From: a virus | IMG/VR virus record: IMGVR_UViG_3300045988_142974 | Coordinates: 32,001-96,000 of that record | Strand: one strand, 5' to 3' | Length of the DNA: 64,000 nt | Shown here: in pieces, positions 9,142 through 18,871 of the stretch | Position numbering within the stretch: the stretch's first letter is position 1 | Layout of the letters: each line of letters begins with the position of its first letter | Notes under the pieces: generated by a model | Seen by the model: only the letters and a program-made list of their open reading frames with translations | Database searches by the model: none | What the model was told of the DNA's origin: nothing | Position numbers and translations under genes: made by a program

Positions 9142-9327
9142 TTAAAACATCAACTTATTTGTAAATCCAATTTTATCTATTGGGATAGTGTCATCGAATT
9201 TTAAAGTTGAATCATTAATAAATATAAAAAAAGAACCCCCAGATGGAATTTCTGAGAATCCTAATTTTGTTAGGTTATTTTTTGTTACCTCATCCGAGGT
9301 GAATAGAAATTGAGAATTGTTTTTCAT
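9142..9327 (-). CDS. hypothetical small protein
   Basis: ATG at 9327 with AGAGGTGA 5 nt upstream. The longer track ORF (to 9435) would overlap the portal gene's 3' end. Confidence 0.55.
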   Translation of the reverse strand: MKNNSQFLFTSDEVTKNNLTKLGFSEIPSGGSFFIFINDSTLKFDDTIPIDKIGFTNKLMF

Positions 9328-9343
9328 GTATGTCACCTCTTGA

Positions 9344-10918
9344 TTAATTATTTGCTGAAGTGCCAGCATTTTTGTCACCATCTCTAGTCTGAATTGCACT
9401 ATCTGATAAATCATCATCATTTTTGGTTTGTCCACCAGAATCCTTTTTATTTGACTGAGTAAATGAAGTCTGAAGTGGAATCATTAAATTCTTAATTCCA
9501 ATTGCATTTTCAAATATTAATTTACAATAAGCTTCATAAGGATTTCCCATAAGACTTGTGAGATAATCAAGTGCTGAACCTCCAAGAGTAGCAGCATCTT
9601 TCATTGTAGACTGATATTCTTCTTGGTTATACCAAGTAATTTTATGTATCTTAAACGAATATCCATCAGATAGAACATTTTCGATATAATGATTATACCA
9701 AGATTCGATTTTATTAACTAAAACCCAACATGTACTTGTATCATTTTGGATAGCATGTTTAAGTCCAACCGAATTTGTACTTGAACCACCACTAATAACA
9801 AGCTGAGAAGCACCTGCATTTGCAAAAATATTCTGAACAGACTGTGCTAATTCATTATTTGCTTCTGTTGTATTTGACTTAGGGAATGTAATCATCTCCA
9901 AATCCATCGGACTGTATGCAGTGCCGACCAATTCAGGCACAACTTCATCAATAAGAGCCTGCATTTGCTGAACAAGTTCAAGACTTAATGAGAAATCATC
10001 GACATTTTCAGAATTAGGAACGGTTGGGATTTTACTTACAAGAAGTACATAATTTTCAAGTGCTGTACGATTATTAATAAGTTCCTGTAAATCAATATCA
10101 TCAAGTATCAACTCAAATAAAGGTAGAAAGAATGGAAGAGGAGCATAAAACTCATCATCTGGACACGCAGTTAGACAAAATACAGAATTAGGATCTAATC
10201 TATACCATTCATAGTCACGACCATTGTTTTTGTAGTCTTCATATCCTTTAATATGCTGTTCAGACCATGTACCAACTCCATCATTATTTACACCATAGAT
10301 ATAGTTTTTATTGTCATTCTTATCAAAATAAGCGGCATCAAAATAAACAATCCACTGGTTATCTTGTGTCTTACCATAAATACGACAATACTGAACATCT
10401 AATGGCATCCATATTTTCCCATCTTCATCAGAATCATATAGTTCCCAAACAGTAAATCCATCTCTTAAAGCCATATACATCTGCGAATATGAATCTTTAG
10501 CAAGTTCAAACTTGGAGAAGTTCTTCAATAAGTTCTGATAATTTTTAATGGATTTAGTTGGATCAATTTCTTTTGTGAAATCATTTAACTGGGTAATATT
10601 ATAATAGAAAAGAGGCATTGACGGATAATACATAAGAAGTTTCTTATAAAGCATTGAATATCTACACAAGAATCGTGATATTTCTCTGAGATTATCCTGA
10701 CTGTTATTGGGCGAACTAATATAATTTCGCAGTAATTCTTTGGTATATGTAGTGAATGTTTTTGTAAAAGTTTTGCCTACATTCCTCTGCAATAATTCCT
10801 GAAACTTTGTAAAATTTATTTTTTGTGCTCGTTTACGTTCTACTTCATAGCCAGACTCATCAGTTTTTGTATAAACCTTTTGTACTATAGGTTGCTTTGT
10901 ATTTTTTGTATTACTCAA
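9344..10918 (-). CDS. portal protein (by size and position)
   Basis: 524 aa immediately downstream of the large terminase. TTG start with a distant SD. No other gene of portal size lies in the module. Confidence 0.7.
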   Translation of the reverse strand: MSNTKNTKQPIVQKVYTKTDESGYEVERKRAQKINFTKFQELLQRNVGKTFTKTFTTYTKELLRNYISSPNNSQDNLREISRFLCRYSMLYKKLLMYYPSMPLFYYNITQLNDFTKEIDPTKSIKNYQNLLKNFSKFELAKDSYSQMYMALRDGFTVWELYDSDEDGKIWMPLDVQYCRIYGKTQDNQWIVYFDAAYFDKNDNKNYIYGVNNDGVGTWSEQHIKGYEDYKNNGRDYEWYRLDPNSVFCLTACPDDEFYAPLPFFLPLFELILDDIDLQELINNRTALENYVLLVSKIPTVPNSENVDDFSLSLELVQQMQALIDEVVPELVGTAYSPMDLEMITFPKSNTTEANNELAQSVQNIFANAGASQLVISGGSSTNSVGLKHAIQNDTSTCWVLVNKIESWYNHYIENVLSDGYSFKIHKITWYNQEEYQSTMKDAATLGGSALDYLTSLMGNPYEAYCKLIFENAIGIKNLMIPLQTSFTQSNKKDSGGQTKNDDDLSDSAIQTRDGDKNAGTSANN

Positions 10919-10940
10919 ATTGTGTGATATACCTCCTTTC

Positions 10941-12860
10941 TTAAAATCTTGTCACTTTTTTTGGCGCTCTTATTGAGAAGAGCTTTGTTATGTCGGATGG
11001 GGATTGGGTGTGCTTTTTCTGACGTACAGTATCTTGACTTCTAAGTTCAAATAAACAGTGTCCCATTAAAGCCATGCAGTAGCTTCTATCATCGTGCAAA
11101 ATATTTTCAAAACCAGGAGCAAGATCGTATCTTACTTTTTCATTTGATGATTTATACTTGTACATATGGGTTAATTCTTCTTTCATAGCATCAAGCTGCT
11201 TTAATCCCAATTCCTCTTCAAAAGATAATTTATAATTCTTTTCAATAACTTCCCCATTTTCTTCTTCAAGCATAGTTAAGCTGCCATGATAATCATATTC
11301 TGCTGTAAAACTAATCAAATCCTGATCAATCATTTCACATAACTGTGAATACATAATTGCTTTATATTTAGAAGGCTCACGCATACGAATTACATCTATA
11401 GCATCTGGATACCTTTTTACATATGGAATAGCATAATCATAGCTTGCATCAATTAATCCATGATGTTCATAATCTTTTTCACCTTTATGATTTTTCTCAT
11501 AAAAATTATCAAAAAGTAAATCACATATTTGCGTAGCTCCACCACCAGAACCAGCATCAATATATATACCATGAATGTTTTTATAATCAGGAACACCATA
11601 TCCGTTATATCTAACCATAATATCTTGGAGCATTGTCACCTGTTCAGGAGTAGTAAGTGGTTTTTGTGTTTCTTTATCAATCAGGTTGATACCATTTACA
11701 ACATCTAATAGCCAACCACGTTTATCATCTCTATGTAATTTACCAACAAGCACAAAGCTGTTATCTCTTTTTTTGGCGGGATCGAAGCAGATGACCATAA
11801 GAGAATTATCATCATTAACAAGCATTGGCGGTCTGACAACACTATTTCTAAGAACTTGCGATTTCTTAACTGCAATATCATCACCAAGGTCTGAATCAAA
11901 TTTATTCATATACTCACGGGTAGCTTTAGTTGGATTCATCTTCATTTCTGAATCAATCTTTGCTTGAGTAAGTAGTGGAACAGGATATACTTTTCCATTA
12001 TAAGTAGCATGAAGAATTACTTCACAATCTATATCTGCACAAAAATAATTCTTATCACCTGCCATAGAGTGCATCGCAGCTTCTTTATATCTTTTATAGA
12101 AAACATCATCCATCGAACCTGCTGAACTTGCACATACAACTTGATTTGGGAAATTTGGTGGAAGTAATGTTACATCAACATCACCACCAAGAGCGAAGTC
12201 ACTGTTCTGAGTGACGAATGGAAGAGTAGCAGCGAACATATCTTCAGATACATATGATGCCTCATCATAGAAATTAAGTCGGCTTCTTCGACCACGAGAT
12301 CCATCAAAATTTGAGTTGACCGTAGCCAAACTCGATCCTGAATAAAGTTTAAAGGAGTAAGATGCTGGATCGTGCCGAAAGCCCTCGCTGTTTGAACTTT
12401 TTACAAGTTCGTTTAGAAATACATCTGTCAGACCAGTAAAAGAAGCGATTTCTTTTTTAGCAATAGACTCGATCTTCTTCATCATACCTATACTTTGCGA
12501 ACCTGTGCTTGATAAAATGTAGCCTTCAAATTTGGGCAGTAACATTGTTTTAGCCATCAGGAATGGGCTACCCAATGTAGTTTTACCAGCATTACGACTC
12601 ATACACCAAACAACATTTGGAGTAATCCATGACATCATAAATACATATTTCTGATAATCAAGAAATTCAATGCCGAAAAATCTTTCGCAGAATTTTACCG
12701 GGTTTCTGCGCCCCCATTGAATTATTTCAGAGAATTTTTTCAAACCCTCTAATTTTAATTCAGACATATCATAATAAGTAGGTTTTTTGAAAAAAGTAAA
12801 ATTTTTTGGAGTAAATTCATTTATAGAATCACCCATCAGGACAATTTTATCATCAGCCAT
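10941..12860 (-). CDS. terL: terminase large subunit
   Basis: Walker A-like MSRNAGKTTLGSP, Walker B-like RLNFYDEASYV, and a C-terminal nuclease-sized domain. 639 aa. The start overlaps the upstream gene's stop. Confidence 0.85.
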   Translation of the reverse strand: MADDKIVLMGDSINEFTPKNFTFFKKPTYYDMSELKLEGLKKFSEIIQWGRRNPVKFCERFFGIEFLDYQKYVFMMSWITPNVVWCMSRNAGKTTLGSPFLMAKTMLLPKFEGYILSSTGSQSIGMMKKIESIAKKEIASFTGLTDVFLNELVKSSNSEGFRHDPASYSFKLYSGSSLATVNSNFDGSRGRRSRLNFYDEASYVSEDMFAATLPFVTQNSDFALGGDVDVTLLPPNFPNQVVCASSAGSMDDVFYKRYKEAAMHSMAGDKNYFCADIDCEVILHATYNGKVYPVPLLTQAKIDSEMKMNPTKATREYMNKFDSDLGDDIAVKKSQVLRNSVVRPPMLVNDDNSLMVICFDPAKKRDNSFVLVGKLHRDDKRGWLLDVVNGINLIDKETQKPLTTPEQVTMLQDIMVRYNGYGVPDYKNIHGIYIDAGSGGGATQICDLLFDNFYEKNHKGEKDYEHHGLIDASYDYAIPYVKRYPDAIDVIRMREPSKYKAIMYSQLCEMIDQDLISFTAEYDYHGSLTMLEEENGEVIEKNYKLSFEEELGLKQLDAMKEELTHMYKYKSSNEKVRYDLAPGFENILHDDRSYCMALMGHCLFELRSQDTVRQKKHTQSPSDITKLFSIRAPKKVTRF

Positions 12861-14076
12861 CTTCGATTACTTGCCCTTTCTCATCTATAAGACCTTTTTC
12901 AAATAAGAAATCTTTAAGGTCTTTATTTTCCTTTTTCAACAACCTACTAAATTCAACAGCATTATCTCTTTCTTTTTGAAGATTAAATAATAATCCTTTC
13001 TGATGAATAACTTCTTTTTCCCAATCGTTTTCATCAGGATTTAACTGCTTTAATTGATTCTGATGATTTCTTGTCATAATATCTTCGATTGCCATATTTG
13101 TTTCATAATCGAATGTATTTACCTCAGAACCATCTAAATCCATTTCTTGTAATTCTTTTATGATACCAGTAAGAGTACCAGCACCTTTGCTTTTTCTGTT
13201 GTTATTGTTTTCAGATATACCGTTGTCCTTTGCTAATGCAAGGGCAGAGGAAAGCATATCTTTTTTTGTCTGTGTGAGAGATTTTACAGTAGCGATCATT
13301 TCTGGATGAGTTTGTAGTTGTTTTGTATATTGAGCCAATGTGTCATTTATATGTTTTACATCTTTAAATGACTGTACTATTTCAATTACAGCTTCCAATT
13401 TAAAACCATCATCTTTTAATGAATCATCAAAATAATTTACCAACTTACTATATAAAAGAGGTTTGTCTTCTTCCTCTTCGTATATAAAAGGATCATAACC
13501 AAGCATTCTAAGAACACTTCGTTTATTTTTAATATACATATCTTCAACATCTTCAGATACTTGCTGTGGTTTCTTTTCAAAATTTTCGGCAACATCAGTT
13601 GTCACATCATTGACATTTTGTTCACCAAAATCAGATTGGTCAAACGTCATTCCAAAATATTGAGGTAAACTCTGTAAACATGTAATCATTTGACTATATC
13701 CAGTGCCACGTTTCTTACCACTTACCTCATTTGTGATAGCACTACAAGAGTTATCATATAAGTCTTCTAAAAATGGTAAATCAGCTTTTTTCATTGCCTC
13801 AATCACAGTTTCTCTTGTTTCATGTGTTTCTTTAGTTTTTTCATCATATCCTGTTCCTATTTTATAAAGACATTCTTTACAAACAGGAATAAGACCTGAT
13901 GCAGTTTTTGGACTCTTATAAAATTTATCACGCCCTTTGAATTTTCCACATTCATGACAATAAGCACCATTTTTTATTTTTTGATACTCATTGACCAATT
14001 TTTTATAAGCAGAGCGACATTGTGTAACAGTCATCTTACTTATATCTTCGATTTCATATTCTTTGACTCTTGGCAC
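12853..14076 (-). CDS. putative terminase small subunit / DNA-recognition protein with zinc ribbon
   Basis: 407 aa, translationally coupled to terL. CHECGKF...CKEC zinc-ribbon-like N-terminus with a coiled C-terminal half. The function is inferred only from position. Confidence 0.4.
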   Translation of the reverse strand: MPRVKEYEIEDISKMTVTQCRSAYKKLVNEYQKIKNGAYCHECGKFKGRDKFYKSPKTASGLIPVCKECLYKIGTGYDEKTKETHETRETVIEAMKKADLPFLEDLYDNSCSAITNEVSGKKRGTGYSQMITCLQSLPQYFGMTFDQSDFGEQNVNDVTTDVAENFEKKPQQVSEDVEDMYIKNKRSVLRMLGYDPFIYEEEEDKPLLYSKLVNYFDDSLKDDGFKLEAVIEIVQSFKDVKHINDTLAQYTKQLQTHPEMIATVKSLTQTKKDMLSSALALAKDNGISENNNNRKSKGAGTLTGIIKELQEMDLDGSEVNTFDYETNMAIEDIMTRNHQNQLKQLNPDENDWEKEVIHQKGLLFNLQKERDNAVEFSRLLKKENKDLKDFLFEKGLIDEKGQVIEDG

Positions 14077-14123
14077 AAAGTCACTTCCTTTCCTTTTTAT
14101 TCCAATAAAATAGAAGAGTAAGT

Positions 14124-15404
14124 TTAAGCAACCGACTCTTCCTTAAAATATTTCCATATAAAATTATGACTCGTGGCAGTTCTTCCTTTACAATTATTAA
14201 TAATTGTGCCTCTATCATAACCTAATTCATTATGTATATCAGTTATTGAATTCCATATTCTTATAACATTCATATCTAAATCATATTGAATAATTTTTTT
14301 CTTAATATGAGACATTTGTTTTTCTCTTTTTAATAAACCTTCTTTTTCTCCGTTTTCATACAAATATGCTTTGTTTTTATACTTAAATATAAAATTATGT
14401 ATAGATCTTCTTTCACCAATACAACATAGATATATATCATATGTTCTAAGATTTGATATTAATGATTCATCATAAATACTTTTAGAGGAACGAATATAAT
14501 TACCATCTGAATCAAACACATCAACAGGTTCACAATATATATTTGCTTTACTTTTATATTTAGGCAATATTTCATTTAACTTATCAACATCTTTCTCGTA
14601 TAACCATATACTATTTTCGTAATAATCTTTTTGAAAATCACAACACTTGAAAATGGTATTGTTTCTATAATTTGATGCATTTAATTCATCAAATGTCCAT
14701 ATTTTCAGTAAATCTCCTTTAAAATTATATTGATGATATTTTGCATATTTGTGATAAACGTCAGAATTTAATGAATAAGAAGATGTTTCTAAATGTTTAT
14801 AGTCTTCTTCATAAAACCATAAACTATCATAAGCAAAATGACTTTCTGAATTTAGAGCAGTATATATTCCTGCAATAGAAAGATTTAAAGTTTTACCTGC
14901 CTTATTCTTGGAATCCCAATTTACAATTGAATTGTCTAACAAACTAATTTGAACAAGCGGTCTTTTTAAAGCATTGTGTGCCTGAGATAATTTTTCTCTT
15001 GCTTTAGGATTCTTCATTCTCTCTTTTTGGAGCTTGCTCATTTTTTCAATATTTTCTTCTGTATGAGTATATCCCAAACCACCAGTTCCACCTTCGTTCA
15101 TATTGTATCCGTTTTTAAATGAATCATAGTATCTTACCCAATAGCGTTCTCTTTGGTATGCTGTATCATCATTTTTGCATTTTTCTACAATTTCAAATAT
15201 AAAATTTTCTTCACCATATTTGTTCCATGCTCTTTGAAGATGTTTATTGTGATGAACACCTTTATTTAAATCTTTTCTATGTTCATCCCATCTAACATAA
15301 ATATTATCAGATTTTCCAATATATTTTTTATTATTCAATTTGTTGGTTATTGAATAAACTCCACATATTATCTCGTAATCTTTAGGTGTAAATCTTTTAC
15401 TCAT
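14124..15404 (-). CDS. free-standing GIY-YIG homing endonuclease
   Basis: GVYSITNKLNNKKYIGKSDNIYVRWDEHRKD...YNMNEGG (GIY-YIG core), a NUMOD3-like HTEENIEKMSKLQKERM, and repeated C-terminal nuclease-associated modules. Confidence 0.85.
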   Translation of the reverse strand: MSKRFTPKDYEIICGVYSITNKLNNKKYIGKSDNIYVRWDEHRKDLNKGVHHNKHLQRAWNKYGEENFIFEIVEKCKNDDTAYQRERYWVRYYDSFKNGYNMNEGGTGGLGYTHTEENIEKMSKLQKERMKNPKAREKLSQAHNALKRPLVQISLLDNSIVNWDSKNKAGKTLNLSIAGIYTALNSESHFAYDSLWFYEEDYKHLETSSYSLNSDVYHKYAKYHQYNFKGDLLKIWTFDELNASNYRNNTIFKCCDFQKDYYENSIWLYEKDVDKLNEILPKYKSKANIYCEPVDVFDSDGNYIRSSKSIYDESLISNLRTYDIYLCCIGERRSIHNFIFKYKNKAYLYENGEKEGLLKREKQMSHIKKKIIQYDLDMNVIRIWNSITDIHNELGYDRGTIINNCKGRTATSHNFIWKYFKEESVA

Positions 15405-15677
15405 AATTTATTTCTCGCTTTCCACTCGCAAAACCAATTAAAATAGAGTGAGAGAGTAGTGCGAGTATCTACTATACCTGTGATGATCAGTCAAAGGTTT
15501 CTCACTCCATAAATCCAACCACCTGCAATCGAAACAGTAACAATCCTCTCATAGTTGGCTATATATTTATTCTCTTTTTTTATAACAAAAATTTAAAAAT
15601 AAATTCTTTATAATTGTATTTTGCTTATTTATGTATTAAAATAAATACATAAATTACTAATTAGGAGGGAGAAAATT

Positions 15678-16709
15678 ATGGATAACTCAAGAATAAAATT
15701 ATTATTAAAAATTATTAAAAGTTTAGCGATAATAATTATTCCAGCTATATTAACAGGAATTATTACAAATTACTTTACAGAAGGAGAGATTATGGATTCA
15801 ATAACAACTCGCTTTGATTTTGTCGACAAAGAAATGTCATACAAACAAGCACTTGAAGCTATTTATCAAGAAAGAAAAGAAGACAAAGACGAAATAGAGT
15901 CTTTAAATGAAGAAATAAGCAAATATGAAGCTTTAATCAATCAACAAAATTCAACAGATGAGATAAATAAGATTATCCAAAATGCTACCCAATATTGGAA
16001 TGAAGCTAACTATCAGCAATGTTTAACACTTTTAAAAAATTCAAAATCACGTTCGACAGATATTGATAATTTATATACGAAATATTCAGCTCAGTATGTT
16101 TTAATTTTATTGTCAAATGCAGATTCGTTTATTTCTCAAAGAAAATATAATGAAGCTATTGAATTATTAAACGATGGCATAACTCTTGTTGATAATGATA
16201 AAATGTTAAGCGATAAAATAGATGAAATAAACAATAATCAGCCGATTAAATTATCAGATCTTAAAATATCCGCTTCAAGATTTTTTACTCAAAATCAGGA
16301 TAAACCATTGGAAGATACGGTTGGAAATAAGTATTCTACTACAAATTCATTTATTACATATGCAGAAGGAAAATCAAGTTATGGATATGCTACTTTTTAT
16401 TTGGGTAAAAAATATACTGCTTTAAATGGTATTATTGCTATTTCTGATGAAAGTGAAAATAGAAGTGATACTCAATTAAAGGGGTGGATTGAAATAGGAA
16501 CTAAAAGTAATGATACTGAATTTAATTCTTTATGGTCTTCATCAACACTTAGTCGAACAACAAGTCAAATAGAGATTCCTGAAATTAATATTAAGGATTC
16601 AGAGTGGCTTGAAATAAGATATTATAATAATGGAGAATATTTTAGTTTGGGAGGAGGTTATCACAGTCTTCGTGTAATTATATCAGACGTAACATTGTAT
16701 GTCGATTAA
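15678..16709 (+). CDS. membrane-anchored protein (N-terminal TM helix, helical middle, beta-rich C-terminal domain); opposite-strand moron
   Basis: ATG 7 nt after AGGAGGGAG. LLLKIIKSLAIIIIPAILTGIITNYF forms a TM helix. It is the only plus-strand gene inside the leftward arm. The C-terminal ~160 aa is beta-rich (possibly NPCBM-like; weak). Confidence 0.7.
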   Translation: MDNSRIKLLLKIIKSLAIIIIPAILTGIITNYFTEGEIMDSITTRFDFVDKEMSYKQALEAIYQERKEDKDEIESLNEEISKYEALINQQNSTDEINKIIQNATQYWNEANYQQCLTLLKNSKSRSTDIDNLYTKYSAQYVLILLSNADSFISQRKYNEAIELLNDGITLVDNDKMLSDKIDEINNNQPIKLSDLKISASRFFTQNQDKPLEDTVGNKYSTTNSFITYAEGKSSYGYATFYLGKKYTALNGIIAISDESENRSDTQLKGWIEIGTKSNDTEFNSLWSSSTLSRTTSQIEIPEINIKDSEWLEIRYYNNGEYFSLGGGYHSLRVIISDVTLYVD

Positions 16710-16725
16710 TTATAATTAAATTAAG

Positions 16726-16797
16726 CATACCTTAAAGGAATTGAACCCCTTACATAACGTTTTGGAGACGTTTGTTCTACCATTAAACTAAAGGTGC
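16726..16797 (-). tRNA. tRNA-Trp (anticodon CCA)
   Basis: Cloverleaf read by eye: acceptor GCACCTT/AAGGTAT (one C-A mismatch), D stem GTTT/GAAC, anticodon stem AACGT/ACGTT with loop CTCCAAA, T loop TTCAATT. No encoded CCA. Confidence 0.7.
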
Positions 16798-16802
16798 ATA
16801 AA

Positions 16803-16831
16803 TAGTAGGAGAGTAGTAGCAACCACTCTCC
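16803..16831 (-). terminator. hairpin/terminator between gene 16863..17654 and tRNA-Trp
   Basis: The minus strand reads GGAGAGTGG-ttgctac-TACTCTCC. The U-tract is weak. Confidence 0.45.
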
Positions 16832-16862
16832 TTAAAAATGAGCATAAAAATAACAGCTATGA

Positions 16863-17654
16863 TTAAGCTGTTTTATCAATCTTCTTAATAAACCTATCTT
16901 TAAGCATTTGTTCAATTTGTTTGTATGTAAAATCCATACTAATCAAACCAGTAACAATAGTTTCTACTTCCTCAACTTTTTTCAATTCATCTTCTGTAAA
17001 ACTATCTCTTAAAGCATCGTTCGTTTTTACATTTCGATCTAATCTAAGTGATTTTGCGTCACATCCCAAAATTACTTTATAAATCATATTAGTATAATTC
17101 GGATAAGCAAATTTCTTATGCTTACTTTCAGGAATATATCTTGAAATAGCAGAAGTCATTCTCTTTCTTTCAATAATTCCAACTTCACGCTGAATAGCCC
17201 ATGATTTTCTATCAATCTCTGTTTTCTCTTCAATATTAAGAAGATAATTTCTAATCTTTGTTGCTAACAAATTACTTGTCATTAGCATACCGATTCTAAG
17301 TAAAGATCTTTTTGTTAAAATAGTAAGACTTGAAGCATATGATAGGCTAGGTTCATTTGAACCTACCCCTAGTTCTTCCTTAAATTTCTTTAATTCTTGC
17401 CCTTTTAAAACAACCATACCATCTTCTTCGAATTCATCACGATTTCTTTTAATTAAGGTTTTGATTGTATCCATACTGCACTCATAATAATTTGCTGCTT
17501 GTTGAACTGTAACAACCATATCATCTGTCAGATATGGAATAACCTTCATTTTGTCAAGAAAGTCATAAGATACATTATCCAATGTTTCATTTCTCAATGT
17601 TTTACTTTCCGTATAAATTAGTTCTTTGTCATTTTGATTTTTCATATTTTTCAT
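16863..17654 (-). CDS. ORF6N (KilA-N/Bro-N-like) domain DNA-binding protein
   Basis: VTVQQAANYYECSMDTIKTLIKRNRDEFEEDGMVVLKGQELKKFKE matches the ORF6N pattern. ATG 17654 lies 8 nt after AGGAGG (the track ORF starts earlier). Confidence 0.65.
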   Translation of the reverse strand: MKNMKNQNDKELIYTESKTLRNETLDNVSYDFLDKMKVIPYLTDDMVVTVQQAANYYECSMDTIKTLIKRNRDEFEEDGMVVLKGQELKKFKEELGVGSNEPSLSYASSLTILTKRSLLRIGMLMTSNLLATKIRNYLLNIEEKTEIDRKSWAIQREVGIIERKRMTSAISRYIPESKHKKFAYPNYTNMIYKVILGCDAKSLRLDRNVKTNDALRDSFTEDELKKVEEVETIVTGLISMDFTYKQIEQMLKDRFIKKIDKTA

Positions 17655-17772
17655 GAAAGAATCCTCCTTTATTTTTTTTGATATAATAAAAAGAAGCCAC
17701 TTCATACGAAATGACTTCTCAAAAAAATTTCAATATTAAATTTCCAATGAAAGTGCAATTTACTTCACTTAG

Positions 17773-17840
17773 CACACCCACTGCGCATCGAACACAGGTT
17801 AGAAGTTTTGGAGACTTCATTCTTGCCAAAAGATAGGTGC
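17773..17840 (-). tRNA. second tRNA-Trp-like gene (anticodon CCA), short D arm
   Basis: Acceptor GCACCTA/TGGGTGT (two G-U pairs), anticodon stem GAAGT/ACTTC with loop CTCCAAA, T arm CTGTG-TTCGATG-CGCAG. Only a 4-nt D loop, 68 nt in total. Confidence 0.55.
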
Positions 17841-17842
17841 AT

Positions 17843-17878
17843 ATAACAAAAGAGTCGTCTCAAACGAAACAACTCTTT
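17843..17878 (-). terminator. intrinsic terminator after 17921..18109
   Basis: The minus strand reads AAGAGTTGT-ttcgtttgag-ACGACTCTT followed by TTGTTAT. Confidence 0.6.
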
Positions 17879-17920
17879 TAATAACAAATATAAAATTAAA
17901 AGTATAAAAAGAAAAATTAA

Positions 17921-18109
17921 TTATCTTTGAAGTTTAACAAGAGCTTCATAAGTTGCCTTATCAACCTCTTGTTCCATACCATCACAGTATACGAGATATT
18001 CTGTAACCTCACCAGTTACAATATCTCTTCTTGTATCAAATGATAATTCATCCGCACTATTAAACGGAATATTTGCTTCATAGACATTTTTAAATGATAA
18101 TAATGCCAT
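17921..18109 (-). CDS. hypothetical small protein
   Basis: 62 aa. GGGGTGA 8 nt before the ATG at 18109, an extended -10-like TGGTATATAAT upstream, and its own terminator. Confidence 0.6.
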   Translation of the reverse strand: MALLSFKNVYEANIPFNSADELSFDTRRDIVTGEVTEYLVYCDGMEQEVDKATYEALVKLQR

Positions 18110-18291
18110 AATATATTCACCCCGCTTTATTATTTGATGAAAATATTATATACCAATATTAACTAAAAGTAAACAAAATATTTTATTGTCTTTCTCATTA
18201 TCTCCTCAAACTCCGAGCTTTCATCTAAGCTGCATAGAACGCATCCTATTATTACAACAGTGCCAGTCCGAAGACCGCAATGGACATAAAA

Positions 18292-18364
18292 TGACCTGTA
18301 TGGAATTTGAACCCCTGTTTACCGCCGTGAAATGGCGGTGTCCTTGCCTTTAGACCACAGAGCC
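18292..18364 (-). tRNA. tRNA-Glu-like (anticodon TTC), degenerate acceptor and T stems
   Basis: GGTCTAAAGGCAAGGACACCGCCATTTCACGGCGG closely follows bacterial tRNA-Glu (anticodon loop ATTTCAC). However, the acceptor GGCTCTG/ACAGGTC has three mismatches and the T stem AGGGG/TCCAT has one. Confidence 0.45.
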
Positions 18365-18397
18365 ATATTTAGGGTGGAAGAGTACCACCCATTATTT

Positions 18398-18871
18398 TCA
18401 CAGAGTATATTCTGTAGTTCCTTCAAAAGTATTATTCAATGCACGAATTTCAGCTAACTTCTCAGTAACAGCTTCCTTAACTTTCGTAGCAAATAATACA
18501 CACTGAGCCTGTGCATACAGTTCCTTCTTATCAAGAACAGTATTTAATACTGTATCAGGATATTTTGTTACATCTCTTTCAAAATGAAATGCCAAATCTT
18601 CATTGATAAGTTTTCTCTCATTTGTTACATCCGTAATCTCCAATTCAACAATAGTAGAATCGTCTTTTGGATCTGTTGTTACTTCTGGAACACCATTATT
18701 AAGCTTGATATTTCCCTTGAACTGAATTTTACTATACTCGATATATTTATTATAGTTTGCTAATAATTCCTTTTCCTGCTCGCTAGTTAAATCCGCAGTT
18801 CCCAAACTTGTAACTGCAATATCTACACTTGCAATATCATTTTCTACTTTAAACACCTGATCTAATTTCAT
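18398..18871 (-). CDS. hypothetical protein
   Basis: 157 aa. The ATG overlaps the upstream gene's stop. No motif recognised. Confidence 0.65.
   Translation of the reverse strand: MKLDQVFKVENDIASVDIAVTSLGTADLTSEQEKELLANYNKYIEYSKIQFKGNIKLNNGVPEVTTDPKDDSTIVELEITDVTNERKLINEDLAFHFERDVTKYPDTVLNTVLDKKELYAQAQCVLFATKVKEAVTEKLAEIRALNNTFEGTTEYTL

Noticed and set aside
9142-9435. The full-length 97-aa version of ORF 9142..9435.
   Set aside because: Its first 36 codons overlap the portal gene's 3' end. An internal ATG (9327) with a proper SD gives a non-overlapping 61-aa product.
15405-15560. The structured ~150-nt region upstream of the free-standing GIY-YIG gene, considered as a third group I intron.
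   Set aside because: No interrupted reading frame flanks it. The upstream side is the AT-rich promoter region of the opposite-strand gene, and the downstream terminase-associated gene has its own intact start.
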